Positions 12,885 to 25,700 are shown, numbered from the whole stretch's first letter. The stretch is DNA of 51,831 nucleotides, filler included, from Sphacelaria rigidula (GCA_964200075.2; 4 parts of 4 records of this genome joined end to end with filler, not necessarily neighbours in it), one strand, 5' to 3'. Notes: generated from the sequence alone by a model not told the origin. Numbers and translations: made by a program.

Positions 12885-12984
12885 NNNNNNNNNNNNNNNN
12901 NNNNNNNNNNNNNNNNNNNNNNNNNNNNTTAATTAATTAANNNNNNNNNNNNNNNNNNNNNNNNNNNNNNNNNNNNNNNNNNNN
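12885..12984. other. Assembly gap with artificial TTAATTAATTAA six-frame-stop linker
   Basis: The pattern is N44-TTAATTAATTAA-N44, and an identical linker occurs at two other places. Confidence 0.95.
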
Positions 12985-13236
12985 CCTTTGCCGTGTACTG
13001 TACTGTTTATTCGAGTCTATATACTGTGGGGACACATGAGGTAGTGATGGCAGTGTTGCCTGAGTGAAACTACTGAACGCGATATCAACCAGCAGAGGGG
13101 AGTTAAGGAACTGCCTGTAGAAGAGATACACAGGGCTATCGAGATGTTGTCGGCTACAATTAGTACCGCGTACATACAGCATAATACATATACTTCTTGG
13201 AACGCGAACCACTTGCTCGAGTATCTCATGCATGAC

Positions 13237-14160
13237 CACGTATGCAACGGTGAAAGAATGTCGTTTTACTCTATGCTTTGCAAATTCACGAAACTGCTTG
13301 TGTGACCGTAATACCATACTGGTTGTGCATACATGCTACACGGCACGATACCATGTGAGCCAATTCGTCGTGAACGGAAATTGCGAAGCTTGAATCCACA
13401 TGGGGTATTTACCCTACCCCGATCAGGGGGGGAGCAGATCATTGATGTGTTAAATGTGTGTTATGGTCATGGAAATTGAATGTCACTTCAACGTAGTTCC
13501 TCTTGAGTGATAGCTTTACCCTTGGTGGATAGCTCCAAAGGGTATGGGCGAGTCATACATGCTTGAGAACTTCGGGGCTATGTGATGTCTGCTCCGATTT
13601 TGAAGAAATCACTCCCAATCATGTACTTTGACTTTACTTCACGACTTTCAAAATATGGGTGATCGTTTCCGTGTGCCCCTAATAACCGCACCTCATACAT
13701 AACCGCGTATGCAACTGTGTATGCAACTGATAGAGAATGACATTGTTATACTGCCGTCCGCTAATGCACGAATATTTTTGTGTAACCGTAATGCCATACT
13801 GTCTGCATACATGCTAACAGGCACGGTACCATGTAAGCCGATTAGACGTGAACGGAAAATGCGAGGCTTGAATGTACGAAACATGAGATATTTACCCTAC
13901 CCCCTGGTCAGGAGGAGCAAATCATTAATGCTCGAAATGCTATTTTATCGTGGAAAATGGATGTAATCTCCACGTGGTTCCTCCTGTTTGATCGTTTGCG
14001 CCCTTGGTAAATATCTTCAAAGAGTATAAACGAGCCATGCATGCGTAAAACGAATGGAAAGTTATGTGAAGTTGTTTCGATTCTAAGAGATTGAACCCAA
14101 CCATGTACATCTAGCTTACCATTCGACTGTGAATATGTGGATGTTCGCTTCCAGGTGCAC
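13237..14160. repeat. Diverged tandem duplication, 2 units of about 470 bp
   Basis: 13237-13680 and 13704-14160 are colinear (CGTATGCAAC, CCGTAAT.CCATACT, TGCATACATGCTA, GTGAACGGAAA, TATTTACCCTACCCC, CCCAA.CATGTAC). Confidence 0.8.
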
Positions 14161-14412
14161 TGTTGAACATACCATTATTTGATTTATGTTACCCGCAGCG
14201 GTGGGTCACAGGACTGCATGAAGCCTGCAACCGTTGCTCGTCAACAATTATTGTTGGTGCCCGCCTGCCAATTTCTATGTAGCTATTCATGAATGTGATA
14301 ATCAACCCAGATTCACAACGATTGAGCGGCTATGAGTGAAGCTGCATGCTAATGTGTTTGCATGAGGCCACCAGGCGGATGCTTCGTCAGTTCCCGTTGA
14401 CTGTCTATACTC

Positions 14413-14552
14413 GTGCACACTCCGACAATCAATTCGAAGATGACCGTCTACTTGCGCACGCTCTGACAATCCATTCAAAGATGACCGTCTACATGCGCGT
14501 GCTCCGACAATCAATTCGAGGATGACCGTCTACCTGTCTGCACGCTATGACC
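14413..14552. repeat. Minisatellite, about 3.3 units of about 41 bp
   Basis: The unit is CTCCGACAATCAATTCGAAGATGACCGTCTAC... repeated. Confidence 0.85.
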
Positions 14553-14863
14553 GTCCCTGGGGAAAGGCTACATTCTTCTGGTCTTGGGAGTCCATGGGTT
14601 CCACACATTCCTTTGCCGAGATTTACACCGGAACTAATCTGATGAAAGTTGTTGGCTTGTAGTGAACGACTCGTGTGTTTATCGTGGAGACTATGCAAGT
14701 TGCCAACATACACGTCGGACATCGAAAGGATTAACGAGAAAGTTGTATGAACCATATATATATATATATATATGCTTGCACCATACAGCGAACAAGCAGG
14801 ATTTGATTGCATACAGGAAAATGGGCGAGCATGTAGGCTCAAGATGTCAAGACCATGTGTTTT

Positions 14864-15140
14864 CGACCAGGTTGACAGGGAGCCAGGATTTCCCATATGT
14901 TTTCGAACAGGTTGACAGGGGGGCAGGAGTTTCCCTTGCGCGTGCTATAAGGTTGACAGGCATCCAGGACTTCCCATGCTGTCCGAACAGGTTGACAGGG
15001 GGGCAGGAGTTCCTCATGTGTGCCCGAACAGGTTGACAGGCACCCAGGAATTCCCATGCTGTCCGAACAGGTTGACAAGGGGGCAGGATTTTCCCATGTG
15101 TGCCCGAACAGGTTGATATGGAGTCAGAATTCCCTTGGGA
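14864..15140. repeat. Minisatellite, 7 units of 39-41 bp with alternating A/B types (80-bp higher-order period)
   Basis: The core CGAACAGGTTGACAGG starts at 14864, 14904, 14945, 14984, 15025, 15064 and 15105. Confidence 0.9.
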
Positions 15141-15519
15141 GTCCATGAATTTATACCTGGCTGTCCCCAACACGTGATACCCTGGCCAAATGCACACGCG
15201 TAAACCTGTTGTGTCCTATTATATTGCTGTTCCCTTCGTCCTCCTTCCCCTTTATTGGTCTTGTTCGTTATTGTTATACTGGTGAAGCGCTGCTATTCAT
15301 GTTACTGGTTCCATCGTTTCTCACGCCGTTGATGACTGAGAATGTTTCTTCCAGACACCGCTCTCGTGACTCTTGAATCATGGAGATGGTAATACACTGC
15401 AATGAAGCATCCATAATTGTTTCAATAGGTGTTTTTACATCTATGTGGCACGTGCGTGCAGGTTTAACGTGTCCATTGTCACATAGCTAATCCCAGATCG
15501 GTGAAAAGTGAGTGGAAAC

Positions 15520-15950
15520 CCCTTGAACCCTCGAGCCCAGCCCTTCTGCCCAGCGGGATCCGTCCAACAGCCTCCCGTGCAGCACCCATTTCCAGGCGAG
15601 GTCTGTCAGCTAGCTTGGGGGGGAAGACTTAGGGCTGGCTGAGAACGTCACGTCCACACCTCTACTATATACCCTGACGGATAGGAAAACAGTGTTGGAC
15701 CCAGGATTGTCGTGAGTGTGAGAACATCAACGGTTATTTCACGACGGAGCTGAGCCACACTGGCTTTCAGAGGAGAGGATTTGGACAGTTTCACTGCGTT
15801 ACAGTTGGATGTGTTTCATGCCTTATGGGAATTATATCAACCGCAGACCAGGCCACGTCCATCTGATACACCATCTCGAGCAGAAAGGGGCTCAATTGCG
15901 CGGTAGATTCCCCGATGTACCAAGATCCGCAAACGGTTTACGGACAGCCC
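15520..15950 (+). pseudogene. Decayed C-terminal tail of an LTR retrotransposon polyprotein (Gypsy-like)
   Basis: Frameshifted translation AWGEDLGLAENVTSTPLLYTLTDR...HWLSEE/DLDSFTALQLDVFHALWELYQP lies upstream of a PPT and TG-start LTR. The family assignment comes from recollection of brown-algal elements and is unverified. Confidence 0.5.
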
Positions 15951-16126
15951 AGAGCGGTCAACAAGATCAAGGATTTCTCCGGACTGGATGGGACCGTTTC
16001 TGTACGGTGTTTAAATTCCCTACGCGGTCTAACCCGGCAGAGCAGTCAACAAGATCAAGGATTTCTCCGGACTGGATGGGATCGTTTCTGTACGGTGTTC
16101 AAATTCCCTACGTGGTCTAACCCGGC
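15951..16126. repeat. Near-perfect tandem duplication, 2 units of 88 bp
   Basis: AGAGC(G/A)GTCAACAAGATCAAGG...GGTCTAACCCGGC starts at 15951 and again at 16039. Confidence 0.95.
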
Positions 16127-16249
16127 AAAACGGACTAAGATCGACGGCTACACGAACCCAACGCCGCATACTCAAAGACGAGGAAGGTGGTAACGCGGCG
16201 ATCCATCGTCGAACCACGTTCAGCTCCAGGGTTTGTCAACCCTAGGCCT

Positions 16250-16774
16250 GAGGGGGGGTGTTATGGATCGCGGCATACGTGGAGGAAGGGTAGTACAATG
16301 ATGGGCCCATCTAATATGATGGAAAAGTCCCGGAGGGCTGACTGCGGGAATTGGCAATGTGCCGCAGTCAGGGGGGAGGACGTTTGAGCCCGTGCGAAGA
16401 CGGTTACATATACATGCCTCTTTACATCCGACTTGAACTCGGTTCTTTCAGAATCGGTGAAAGCCGGCCCCCTGGTTTTTACTCCTATGGAAGGGAACGA
16501 AGTGACCTGAGACATGAGATTCAAAACCACCACTGAAAGAGAGAAACTGAATCGATCCTGAAGCTGAGATCAAGACACCCTGACATTCAGGATGAGCTGT
16601 TCCCCGTAAAACTGGTCATCCCTTGTGCTGGAAAACGGTTTTGCCCTGCGACAAATGGTGAGCGAGTACGTACAAATCATTGCATACTGTATTGTACATG
16701 GATGAATATGCCGCATGTTTGGTTGAAGTAGGAAATTTCACTTTATGCCCCGTCTTGTGAAGATCCGTCATCAC
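16250..16774 (+). mobile_element. Polypurine tract plus putative 3' LTR
   Basis: GAGGGGGGG (16250-16258) is immediately followed by TGTTATGGATC. A candidate imperfect inverted end GATCCGTCATCACA lies at about 16774. Confidence 0.5.
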
Positions 16775-16880
16775 AGTGCTTGAGCAGCGATCATGGTAAC
16801 CACAACAATTGAGAAAGTAGTAAAAACGAACTAGTGCACGGACAAGCCGGAGAGGCCACTATACCTTTTGTCCGTATCAG

Positions 16881-17375
16881 ATCTTGCATGCCGTAGTCAC
16901 AGGACCATCGATCTCCCATCCCTACGAAGTAGGGACGGAGCACGCCGGGGTTTTCGCCGGATCAGGCTCGCAATCAATCACAAAGCGCGAAGCGCCGTGA
17001 TGTGTTAAACGAGTCGCATGAAGGGTGAGCTGCATCCCGCTGAGATTGTTCTGCCCGAAGCGTGCTGATGACCTCGCGTTTGGACGACAGCCTCCAATAA
17101 ACTGCTTCATTTTCTGATATCGCCACTTCCCGAGACAGCCACGGCTTACACAATGTCTCAGGAGTCTCTCGTCATTTCAACACTGTGATACGCAATTTCA
17201 TCATCTGCTTTGCCCGGAATTGAGGTTCTTCAACCCCGCACAATATGATCTAGCTCGACCACTATTATGGTAACCACAAGAAGATAAAAACGCGCAAGCG
17301 AAACGAAAACTGGTAACCTGGTCGCCTAGATCATGCAGTGAATGACGTCTTTTACAGCGTCATTACCAAGCGATG
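16881..17375 (+). repeat. Multi-hairpin dispersed repeat family, copy A
   Basis: It contains ATCTTGCATGCC.TAGTCA...GGGACGGAGCAC.CCGGG...CAGGCTCG...GTCGCATGAAGGGTGA.CTGCATCC, shared with copies B-E. Confidence 0.85.
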
Positions 17376-17630
17376 CTAACCCTTTCTTAAAGGGAACGTT
17401 TCGGGGTGGGGTGACGGGGCATCCGAGAAATATCTGATGTGAGAACACAAATGGCAGGCAACGAGAAGATATGATTGACGATACTCGACGCGGCACGGGT
17501 ATGCTGATCCCATCCGGGGTATCGACAGCAAAATGAAAAGGCGTGCAGCGGGGGAAGGGGATGGATGAAGCTGTTCGATACCTTGAAACCCCCGAAGCAT
17601 TCCGCGGAAGGGGGTGGAGGTGTAGTCAAG

Positions 17631-17997
17631 ATCATGCATGCCATAGTCATAAGACCATCGACCTCGGATTCCTGCAAAGCCGGGACGGAGCACGCCGGGT
17701 TTTAGCCGGACCAGGCTCGCACTCAAACCACCAAGCGCCGCGTGGAATGTTCGGCGAGTCGCATGAAGGGTGAGCTGCATCCTGCTAAGATTGTTCGGCC
17801 CGAAGCCTACTGGTTGTCTTGCATTTGGATGACTGAGTTACTTCATTTTTTTGTATCGCCACTTCTAGAGATAGTCACGGCTTACATGCTGCCGCATGGG
17901 TGTCTCACGATATAAACACGACGTTGTACGATCATCCCCTTTGTGCGGAGTTGAGGTTCCCCCACGCCGCACAAGATTATCTAGCTCGGCTACTATC
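17631..17997 (+). repeat. Multi-hairpin dispersed repeat family, copy B
   Basis: Colinear with copy A and truncated at its right end. Confidence 0.85.
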
Positions 17998-18062
17998 AAC
18001 AATGTATTCGTGAGATTGAGAGTAGAGGGTACGATTGAGAGTGAAAAGTGGTAATGTTATAG

Positions 18063-18392
18063 TGTTGCAAAGCATGCACTTGTGTGCAAGCCGGTCAGGT
18101 CAGATGCCTGCAAGATCAGCTCTGGCACTGGCAAGGGTCAGGTTGTGTCCGAAATCAGTTCACACTACAATAGCTTCACGCAGTAAGCTGTACCCACTTG
18201 ATACAAAAGACTCTTGTTCACTCGTATTCGTTATCGCTCCGTTCAATGCTCTCTCAGCTGCTCTCCGGCTATAGCAGTTGCTTAGCAGTCAGCTCCACCT
18301 TAGCGAGTAACCGAGGTGCCTCAGGGAACGCCCTGCCTGTACCTTTATCAGTCTCACATCCGGCCTAGTCGAGCTTGATCAGACCCGCAACA
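18063..18392. mobile_element. Putative solo LTR (330 bp)
   Basis: The termini are TGTTGC...GCAACA. The flanks ATAG/ATAA resemble an imperfect 4-bp TSD, and no adjacent PPT was seen. Confidence 0.45.
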
Positions 18393-19617
18393 ATAAAATC
18401 CGAGATTTGACCATAGACGCGTCCTAGCTTCATGACACTCGCCCATCCAGACGAACCTCTATTACAGTTGCGATGAGAAATCTCGAAAGGCAACGAAAAT
18501 CGAGATTTCTCTCCACGTCAAGTCATGACCGACAAGGAGGGCGAACTCAATGCTATTAAAACACTCGGCCGTAGTAGTGGCTAAAAGAATGAAGGTACAC
18601 CCCAGATGACGAGGGCAACATCAACTCCGTTGCCCGATCCTGCCACACCTCAAACAAGGTAATCGAAATCTGCTACCGAAAAGCGCAAGTGCGCTTGAAC
18701 ACGCAGGGGCACACAATGCTGCTGCGGGCTAGCAAACTCAAGAGACGAACATAAAAATGCTTCGACGTGCTTGCCAAAATAAAGAGGCAAGAGGGGAATC
18801 ACACCAGGGGTACCACGTCTACGTGGGTGGTACCAAAGTCAACCGCCGAAAGGTCAATCATATACGGCGAGCACATGGCGGCTGAGGAAAGCAAAGGAAT
18901 CAGCAACTCCAAGACTGCAAGTGGTCCAGCGCCAGTCATACAAATCAACAGCCAAAATACGGAAAGCTCCAGTAGCCGAAGATGAAGTGAGGCAAGGTCC
19001 CTTCGTGGTCCGTGGTTGTGCGGCGACGGAGCTCCGGTTGTAGGCTTTTGAAGAAGTCGGTGGGTGGCACTGGTGTGTCCTGAATGATGGAAGCAGGGAG
19101 AAATATCTAAGCGACAGGGGAAGGAAATAAAAGAGAAAAGAAAAGATCGTGGGTTTAATAGCAGGAGGTCTGTGGAAGATTAAAGCGGTGCGTTAACATC
19201 ATGTGTGCGATCGATATTATGTTGAATTCCGCAGCGGAGGCCTTTGGACTTGAGTCGCTGAAGACACCAAGACCCTCTGGTGCGGATGGACTGGTGGTAT
19301 AAAGCTCTGGGCGGAGCTTGAGCTGCACGGGTCCGGGGTCATCGATGAAGCCCACGATGTATGTGTCAGGCGCGGTGAGGTCTGTGGAGTGGGTCTGGCC
19401 TAGCCACCAGAGGTTGTCGCTGCCTTTGTACCGGAGGTAGGCGCCTTTGGGGAAGATTTCCCGTTTCGCGCGGATCTTTTCTTGCCAATGCTTGGTGGCT
19501 ACCAATTCATACCCATCGGCGACAAAGCGCAAACATTTCTCACGGGGAAGTTCACGTGCTGCTGCGCCGCGGCGCAGGTTGCGATATTTCTTGTTGTTAG
19601 CAAGATGTTGCTGTTGA

Positions 19618-19727
19618 CACGGGTGGCCACTGGGGTGTCTGCAACCTCAAATTTGCACGTTATAAGCCTTGCACAAGGCTTTTAACGTCCAAATTTGAGG
19701 TTGCAGACACCCCAGTGGCCACCCGTG
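19618..19727. mobile_element. 110-bp near-perfect palindromic MITE with CACGG...CCGTG ends and 2-bp (GA) TSD
   Basis: The arms are reverse complements with only a couple of mismatches. Removing it plus one GA restores the Gypsy frame LLYWRKPQQQHLANNKKYRNLRRGAAARELPREK. Confidence 0.9.
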
Positions 19728-22456
19728 GAGGTTTTCTCCAGTACAGGAGAATAGCTCGGCGGTGCAGCTGAAGGTCGGATTCGCGTTCCCAAGACGCTCT
19801 CCGAAGGCCTTGCCAGTGAGTTTTGTACATGACAGTAATCTTACCGCCTCGACCGCGGGTGATCTGGTGGCCAGAAATGTGGGACACGGCGAGACGAAGC
19901 GGTTGTTCCGTCACATCGTCGGTAGTAACGTGACAAGGTGGTGACTTGGTCGAATAGCTGTTAAGTACGTACTGCGTAAGACCGGCAGGCAGATATTTGG
20001 GCATGTCTCTAGTGCCATGCGGATTGATGCAAGGTTTACAACGGTGCACAGAGACGCGAGATTTCGCGTCATATCCCTGAAGATCGCGAGGGAGATCGAG
20101 ATAAAAACGTTTGTCACCAACAGGTTTGCCATCAGGTGACGATGGCGAGAGCCCGACGGGCAGAATCTGGAATGATCCTATCCAGTTAAGGGATAGCTTA
20201 GTCTTTAAGACTGTTTCGTTGGCGACTCTGTCGGCGCCTTGGCGAATGGTTGACAAACTGTTGTAAACCCAGACCCAATTACCAACCTTCAAAGTACGTC
20301 GTTTGTGCATCAGATTGTAGAGAGCATTACTAGTTCTCTCAAGGCGCGAGGCATTGATAGCGTGTTGTTCACGCACGAGAGTGGAAGCTTTGCGCTGGCG
20401 TGCACGCGCCAGGTCGTGGTAGGATATCTGATCCTGATCCAAGCCTTGGTGGCCATCGAAGGCGTGTCTCTCAAACACGGTGACGGGGGTAGCGGCCGAG
20501 ATGTAACTCGTTCGGAGAGACCGGTAGTAGCATTGACCGAGTTGTTATAAGACAGCATGGCATGTGAGAGATGGAGATCCCAATCGTTTTGACGATCATT
20601 GACGACCATAGATAATATCTGGGCCATGGTGTGGTTCACTTTTTCAGTACCACCGTTACCATTAGGGTGATAAGCGCTCGTGGCTATCTTTCGAATGCCC
20701 AGGAGCGTATACAGTTCGTCCAAGAGATCGGAGCAAAAATGCTGACCATTGTCGCAGAGAAGCCGTTTCGGGCAACCATAGTGCTTGATATAGTCATGAA
20801 CTAAAATATTAGCTGTGCCCGCGGCGGTGAAGTCTCCAGCGGTGACTACGTACATGGCTGCGTGACGGCAGAAACGGCCGGTAAAGAGTAAGATGTAGGT
20901 GTTGCCACAGTCAGTGGGCGGTAAAGGATCGAAATAGTCGAAATACACTCGGTGACCAGGAGCGCTGGGGAGTGCCATCGAAATAACTGGCCAACTTATA
21001 GTCTGTCGTGAGGTTTTGCGAGCTTGACACTTGAAGCATCGCCGAATCCAGAAGCGGGTGGACACTTCCATACCAAATCCATCAGTAGAAACGTTCGAGT
21101 AACGCTAATGTGCGCGTGACACCAAGGTGGCAAGACAGGTCAGTGTGGCAGCCTTTCATTATCCACGGTCGCATCAAAAATGGGACATATATCCGAGTGG
21201 GTTCATCGTCGAGTAGACGTGTATGACGTCCAGTGGGTGCCGGTGAAGTTACATCCCGCTGGGGTGTAGGGCGGCGGGCAAGCAGTTCAATTCCGTCATC
21301 AGTTGTGAAGATGGTACCTTTACGTGCGAGTTCGTACACTTCAGCGGCGTTTGGTGGTGGCAGTGTGCCAACCGGGGCCAATACATTGGCCGGGATAGGG
21401 GCAGGGCAGCCAGCACGGAGGTATGGCATGGTTGCGCGGCATAATTGTTCTACTTGCTGTTCACGAGCCCAATCACGATGGGGGTAACTGGCGAGAAATT
21501 CGCGCAGTTGGTCTTCCGCCGGAGAGCCGACCAGAAATGGTGGCTCCGGAAGCGGTGGAACAGGCGACGAGGGGGAGGTGCCAACGTCGATGTGTACATC
21601 GGGAGCATCAGAAGGGGTGGGCACTGACGGGGCCGCGGCGGGCGGTGTTGTCGCAGTAGTGCGCGCCGCGGCGCGTGTTATGAGAATTGCGCGTAGCGGG
21701 TGTTGTCCAGGCTTGCGGTGCGGTGTTGCGGGGAGCCGGCACTACGCTGCTCGCAGGAGCAGTAGGTGTTGTCGGTGGCGGCGGGGCGCGGGGAGGGTTA
21801 GCGAGGGCGGCAGACCGAGAGCGCGTATGGTCGGAAATGAGATGAACAACTGGAGGTGGCGAAATTGAAATGTTTGCGCGAGGACCGATAATACGGAAAT
21901 CGGCGAAATCAGCATCTGTTGTATTTAGCTAATCCAAGACTGCATCATACGGTAGGGGGTGAGGGTCGCCCATGTGCATACCCGCCTTTGGGAAACGAAG
22001 GTCAAGGGCGCAAAGGGGCGTTGAGAAACGCCGGATAGGGTACACGCCGGGTTCGTCGGCTTCAGTTAGTCGGCAAGCGGGGCTGATATCGACAGCCGTT
22101 GGAGGGAGGGGCAAGCGTGAGAGAAGGCCAGCATTCCTGTTGGTTTTGCCAGGGCGGTATTTGACAGTATACTGATAGGCTGTCAGGAACTCCAACCAGC
22201 GTTGCACACGCGAGGTATGTTCGCCAACTTTGGCGAGTTGTTCAAGTGCTCCGTGATCTGTGTAGATTTGGAAAGGCACATGGAACAAATATTGTCGAAG
22301 GCGCTTTATGGCCCAAGTGATGACTCCGCCTTCCAGCTCCAGTGGACTCCAGTTTGCCTCATTTGGCAGGGTAGCGCGACTGATATAGAGGATGGGTCGA
22401 ATAGAGCCATCGAGTTGAGGTTGATTCAGGACCGCGCCGCACCCGTCGGTGCTCGC

Positions 22457-22706
22457 GACACTTTCTACGATAGCCCCCCCCCCCAAAACCAGCTAAAAGT
22501 GTCACGAAACAAATGATCATACAGCGCCTGACGTCCGGGTTCAGGCTGCATGAAGTGCCTCATATTGGCGACATTGGCTAGAGCGAACCGAAGCGTGGGA
22601 ATTCCCAGCTTCTCGTTGTGCTTGGCTTTCCCCATCTCGATTGACGTGAAGATTTTGCCTCCCAAAACCATGCACTTTGGGGGGGGGGGGTATCGTAGAA
22701 AGTGTC
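22457..22706. mobile_element. 250-bp MITE with GACACTTTCTACGATA TIRs and 4-bp (TCGC) TSD
   Basis: TIRs are GACACTTTCTACGATAG(C)n and (G)nTATCGTAGAAAGTGTC. TCGC lies at 22453-22456 and 22707-22710. Removal restores RNase H HTDASTDG. Confidence 0.9.
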
Positions 22707-25700
22707 TCGCGTCTGTATGTAGTTGAAAGAGGCGAGAGTCGTCTTGTACGGCATCCCAGTCTGGGAAACAAAGGACCTATTTTTCGGTGAGCGTTTTCAG
22801 CAAGTCGCGCACGATGGCTTCCATATCTTTGGTGAAGACAAACGCGGCGCCTTTTTTAAGCAAGTCCGTAATGGGGTGAATCCATTTGGACAGGTTAGTC
22901 AATAAATTGCGATCGTAGGACAGTCTACCTAATGAAGAGCGGAGCTGAGTAAGGTTTGTGGGCATCGGCAATTCAGTCATTGCCCTGACTTTGTTGGTTT
23001 CGGAGTGTAGACCCGTCGGTGAAATTGAGTGTCCCACAAAATCCAGTTCAGTCACGCCAAGGCGAGCTTTGGGTGGAGATAGTTTCAAATAATGTTTCCG
23101 CAGTCGAGAAAGAAACTCTCATAAGGTGTGCACATGCGCAAGAGGGGAGGCATCGCATGCGATAGCGTCGTCCAAGTACATGATGGCGTGTTCGAGATTC
23201 TCTGTAACGCGTTGCATTAAGCGTTGGAAACAACCTGGTGCAGTGGCGGCACCTTGTGGCATATGGAGCCATTCGTAGAGCCCAGAAGATGTACAGAACG
23301 CTGTCGGTGAGAGTGTATCAGGGTGGATGGCATTTTGGGAAAATCCAGAAGCGAGGTCGAAGGTGCTGAATATTTTGCCTTCGCCTAGAGAGTCGAAGAC
23401 TTCATCTATGCGAGGGATGGGAAGTTTTCCCACTACAGTGACGCGATTTAGACGTTGATAATTCACGGTGATATCTATGTTTCCATCCTTTTTGGGGACT
23501 ACCTCTAGCAGTGAGGCGTACGGAGAAGAGGAGTGTTAGATTAATCCGGCACCTAAGTACGCATCTAAAATGGCGTTAACGTTTTTGGTAAGAATCGGGT
23601 TCGTCCGATACGGTCGAGAAGAGATTAGCGAAACGCCAGGTTGAAGAGTGATTTTAAAGGGCAGCGTTTTGCAGTGCCCCAGATCCGTTTTGGATGGAGA
23701 AAATCTGTCGTGGTATTCCAATAAAACATCGCTCAGTTCTTTGATTACAGCGGGTTCCCAACCGGGTCCATGTAGGTCAAAGTTTATGTCACGTAAATGG
23801 GATGAAAGTTGATTCCACATGTGCAAGAAACTTGTCCGAGATTCTGCTGATAGGCTTGCAACACTTCAGCAGGGGGATCGGACGTTGACGGTGCGGGGTC
23901 CACGGTGTGGATATGTGATGAAGACGAAGAGGTTACATCGAAGTAAGGCTCATCGACGCAATTGACAGAACCTTCTGTCGGAGGCGCCAAGTTGGGCGTC
24001 GAGGGTTCAGTGGCACATGTCTCAAGTGAAATGTGCATGAGGGGAGCAGCAGCAATACCCAAATATCTCCGGGTTCCAAGTTAGCGTGACCGGTCAGTGG
24101 CAAAAGTTGTTTCCCTGCGGAGACAAAGTAGTGTTCTGTGCCGGCAGGCGCACCAACCCGAGGAAGCATTTCAGCGAGGTAATGTCCCGTAAGGACAGGC
24201 ATGCCATTTCGGCGAACGAGGGCAACTTCTAGCAGTTTAGGATCATCGGAGAGGGTGACACCAGCAGTACCATCGTATCGGAGGTGGTAAGCAGCTCCGG
24301 TAGCTTGTTCATTTTTTTTATAGGTCAAGGCGCCGTGAAGAGTACCGAAATGTTCAAGGTTGAGTTCTCCACGAGGCGCAGACTGTGGCGATAATGGTGG
24401 TAGCGTGCGGTAGGTGCGTTGATCAAACCGCATGTAACTATCTCGACCCATGAGTAAGGCGTGAGCCATGGTGCTGTCGGGGACAACATATGCCCAGACT
24501 GCAAGGCGGACAGCACGAGTTGTGTTATGAAATAATTGCACACGGAGACGAACTGATAACCGTGTGGTCAACGGTGCGGTGGTGTCACCGGAACCGCCCT
24601 ATACTCGAGGTTGGGTGGTGATTTCGCAGGCTGCTGAAGCAGCTCCAATCTGTTCCATGTGTTCTCACATTGATTCACGAATAATTGCCTGTGGGCTGCC
24701 GCTATCCAACAAAGAGACACATTTGGCAGTTGTGGTTGCGTGTGGTCCGCAGTGGAGCGCTACGCGAGTAGAAAAAGTGGCAGGATCAACAGACACTTTA
24801 CCGCCAACAAGATCCGGACCATGTTCAGCCAAGGTAAAGTGATCGGAATCAGTAGTGCTGACGGCGAAAACGGACGGCGGGTGATCCGCCGGGGGTCAAC
24901 TTTCTCACCATAAGTTTGCTGGATGATGTGTGATCCCCAGAGTGAGAACAGCTCGACTGGTCATGAGCAATTTAATATATAACTGTGTTGGGAAGGCAGG
25001 GATCAACGTCTAAAGTAGATTCATGTTGTTCAGTGTAGTCCGCGGAAGAGGTAAAAATATCCGAAATATCTCATTTGGATTCTTCTGCGACACTTGATAA
25101 ATTCATCGAGCTCAAAGTCGTCGCATTTTGGAGAGAGTGAGGTCGAGATTTCCCACTCGAGGGAGGTGTACGTGTTGATGCGCGCGCTTTAGTGGGGGCA
25201 TGTTCACGGGGCTTCCTCTCTCGCCGTGACAAAGGGCAGGGAACTTCCAAAGTATTTGGAGAAAGCCCAACTGCGTCCAGTTGAGTGGATGGGGTCAGCA
25301 TCGGGGCATGCTCGGGCGAAGCTTGTCGATTGTCCGCGGGCAAGCTTGGCTGAGGAGTCATAGCCGAAGGTATAGTAGGATTGTTTATGTGAGATCCAGC
25401 CAGGGGTAGCTTCGCATGCTGTAATGAACGCGAAGAATGAACTCGTTCGACCTGGGTGGGTGTTACGTGGTCAGAAGTGGTCAATTTCCGACCAGCGACA
25501 CTTGAACAAGTCGAGTGAAGTACACTACTGCCTGTGCGTGCGGTCGCTTAGGGAAGCCTTTGCCTCAGAGACGGGCGGTTGGTGTTCCCAAACCTCAGAC
25601 TTACGCTTAGTTCCGGAGGACCAAATCCAGAGCCGAGGGTAGTGCTATGTTGTGAGTCAACGCAACTTCTACGCTGTGTGCGAAGAGGTGAAGACGGGGG

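Noticed and set aside
14864..15140. CRISPR-like reading of the CGAACAGGTTGACAGG repeats
   Set aside because: The intervening sequences are homologous and alternate between two types, so this is a minisatellite.
17060..17090. Hammerhead ribozyme suggested by CTGATGA in repeat copy A
   Set aside because: The motif is CTGATTA or CTGGTTG in other copies and no correctly placed GAAA follows.
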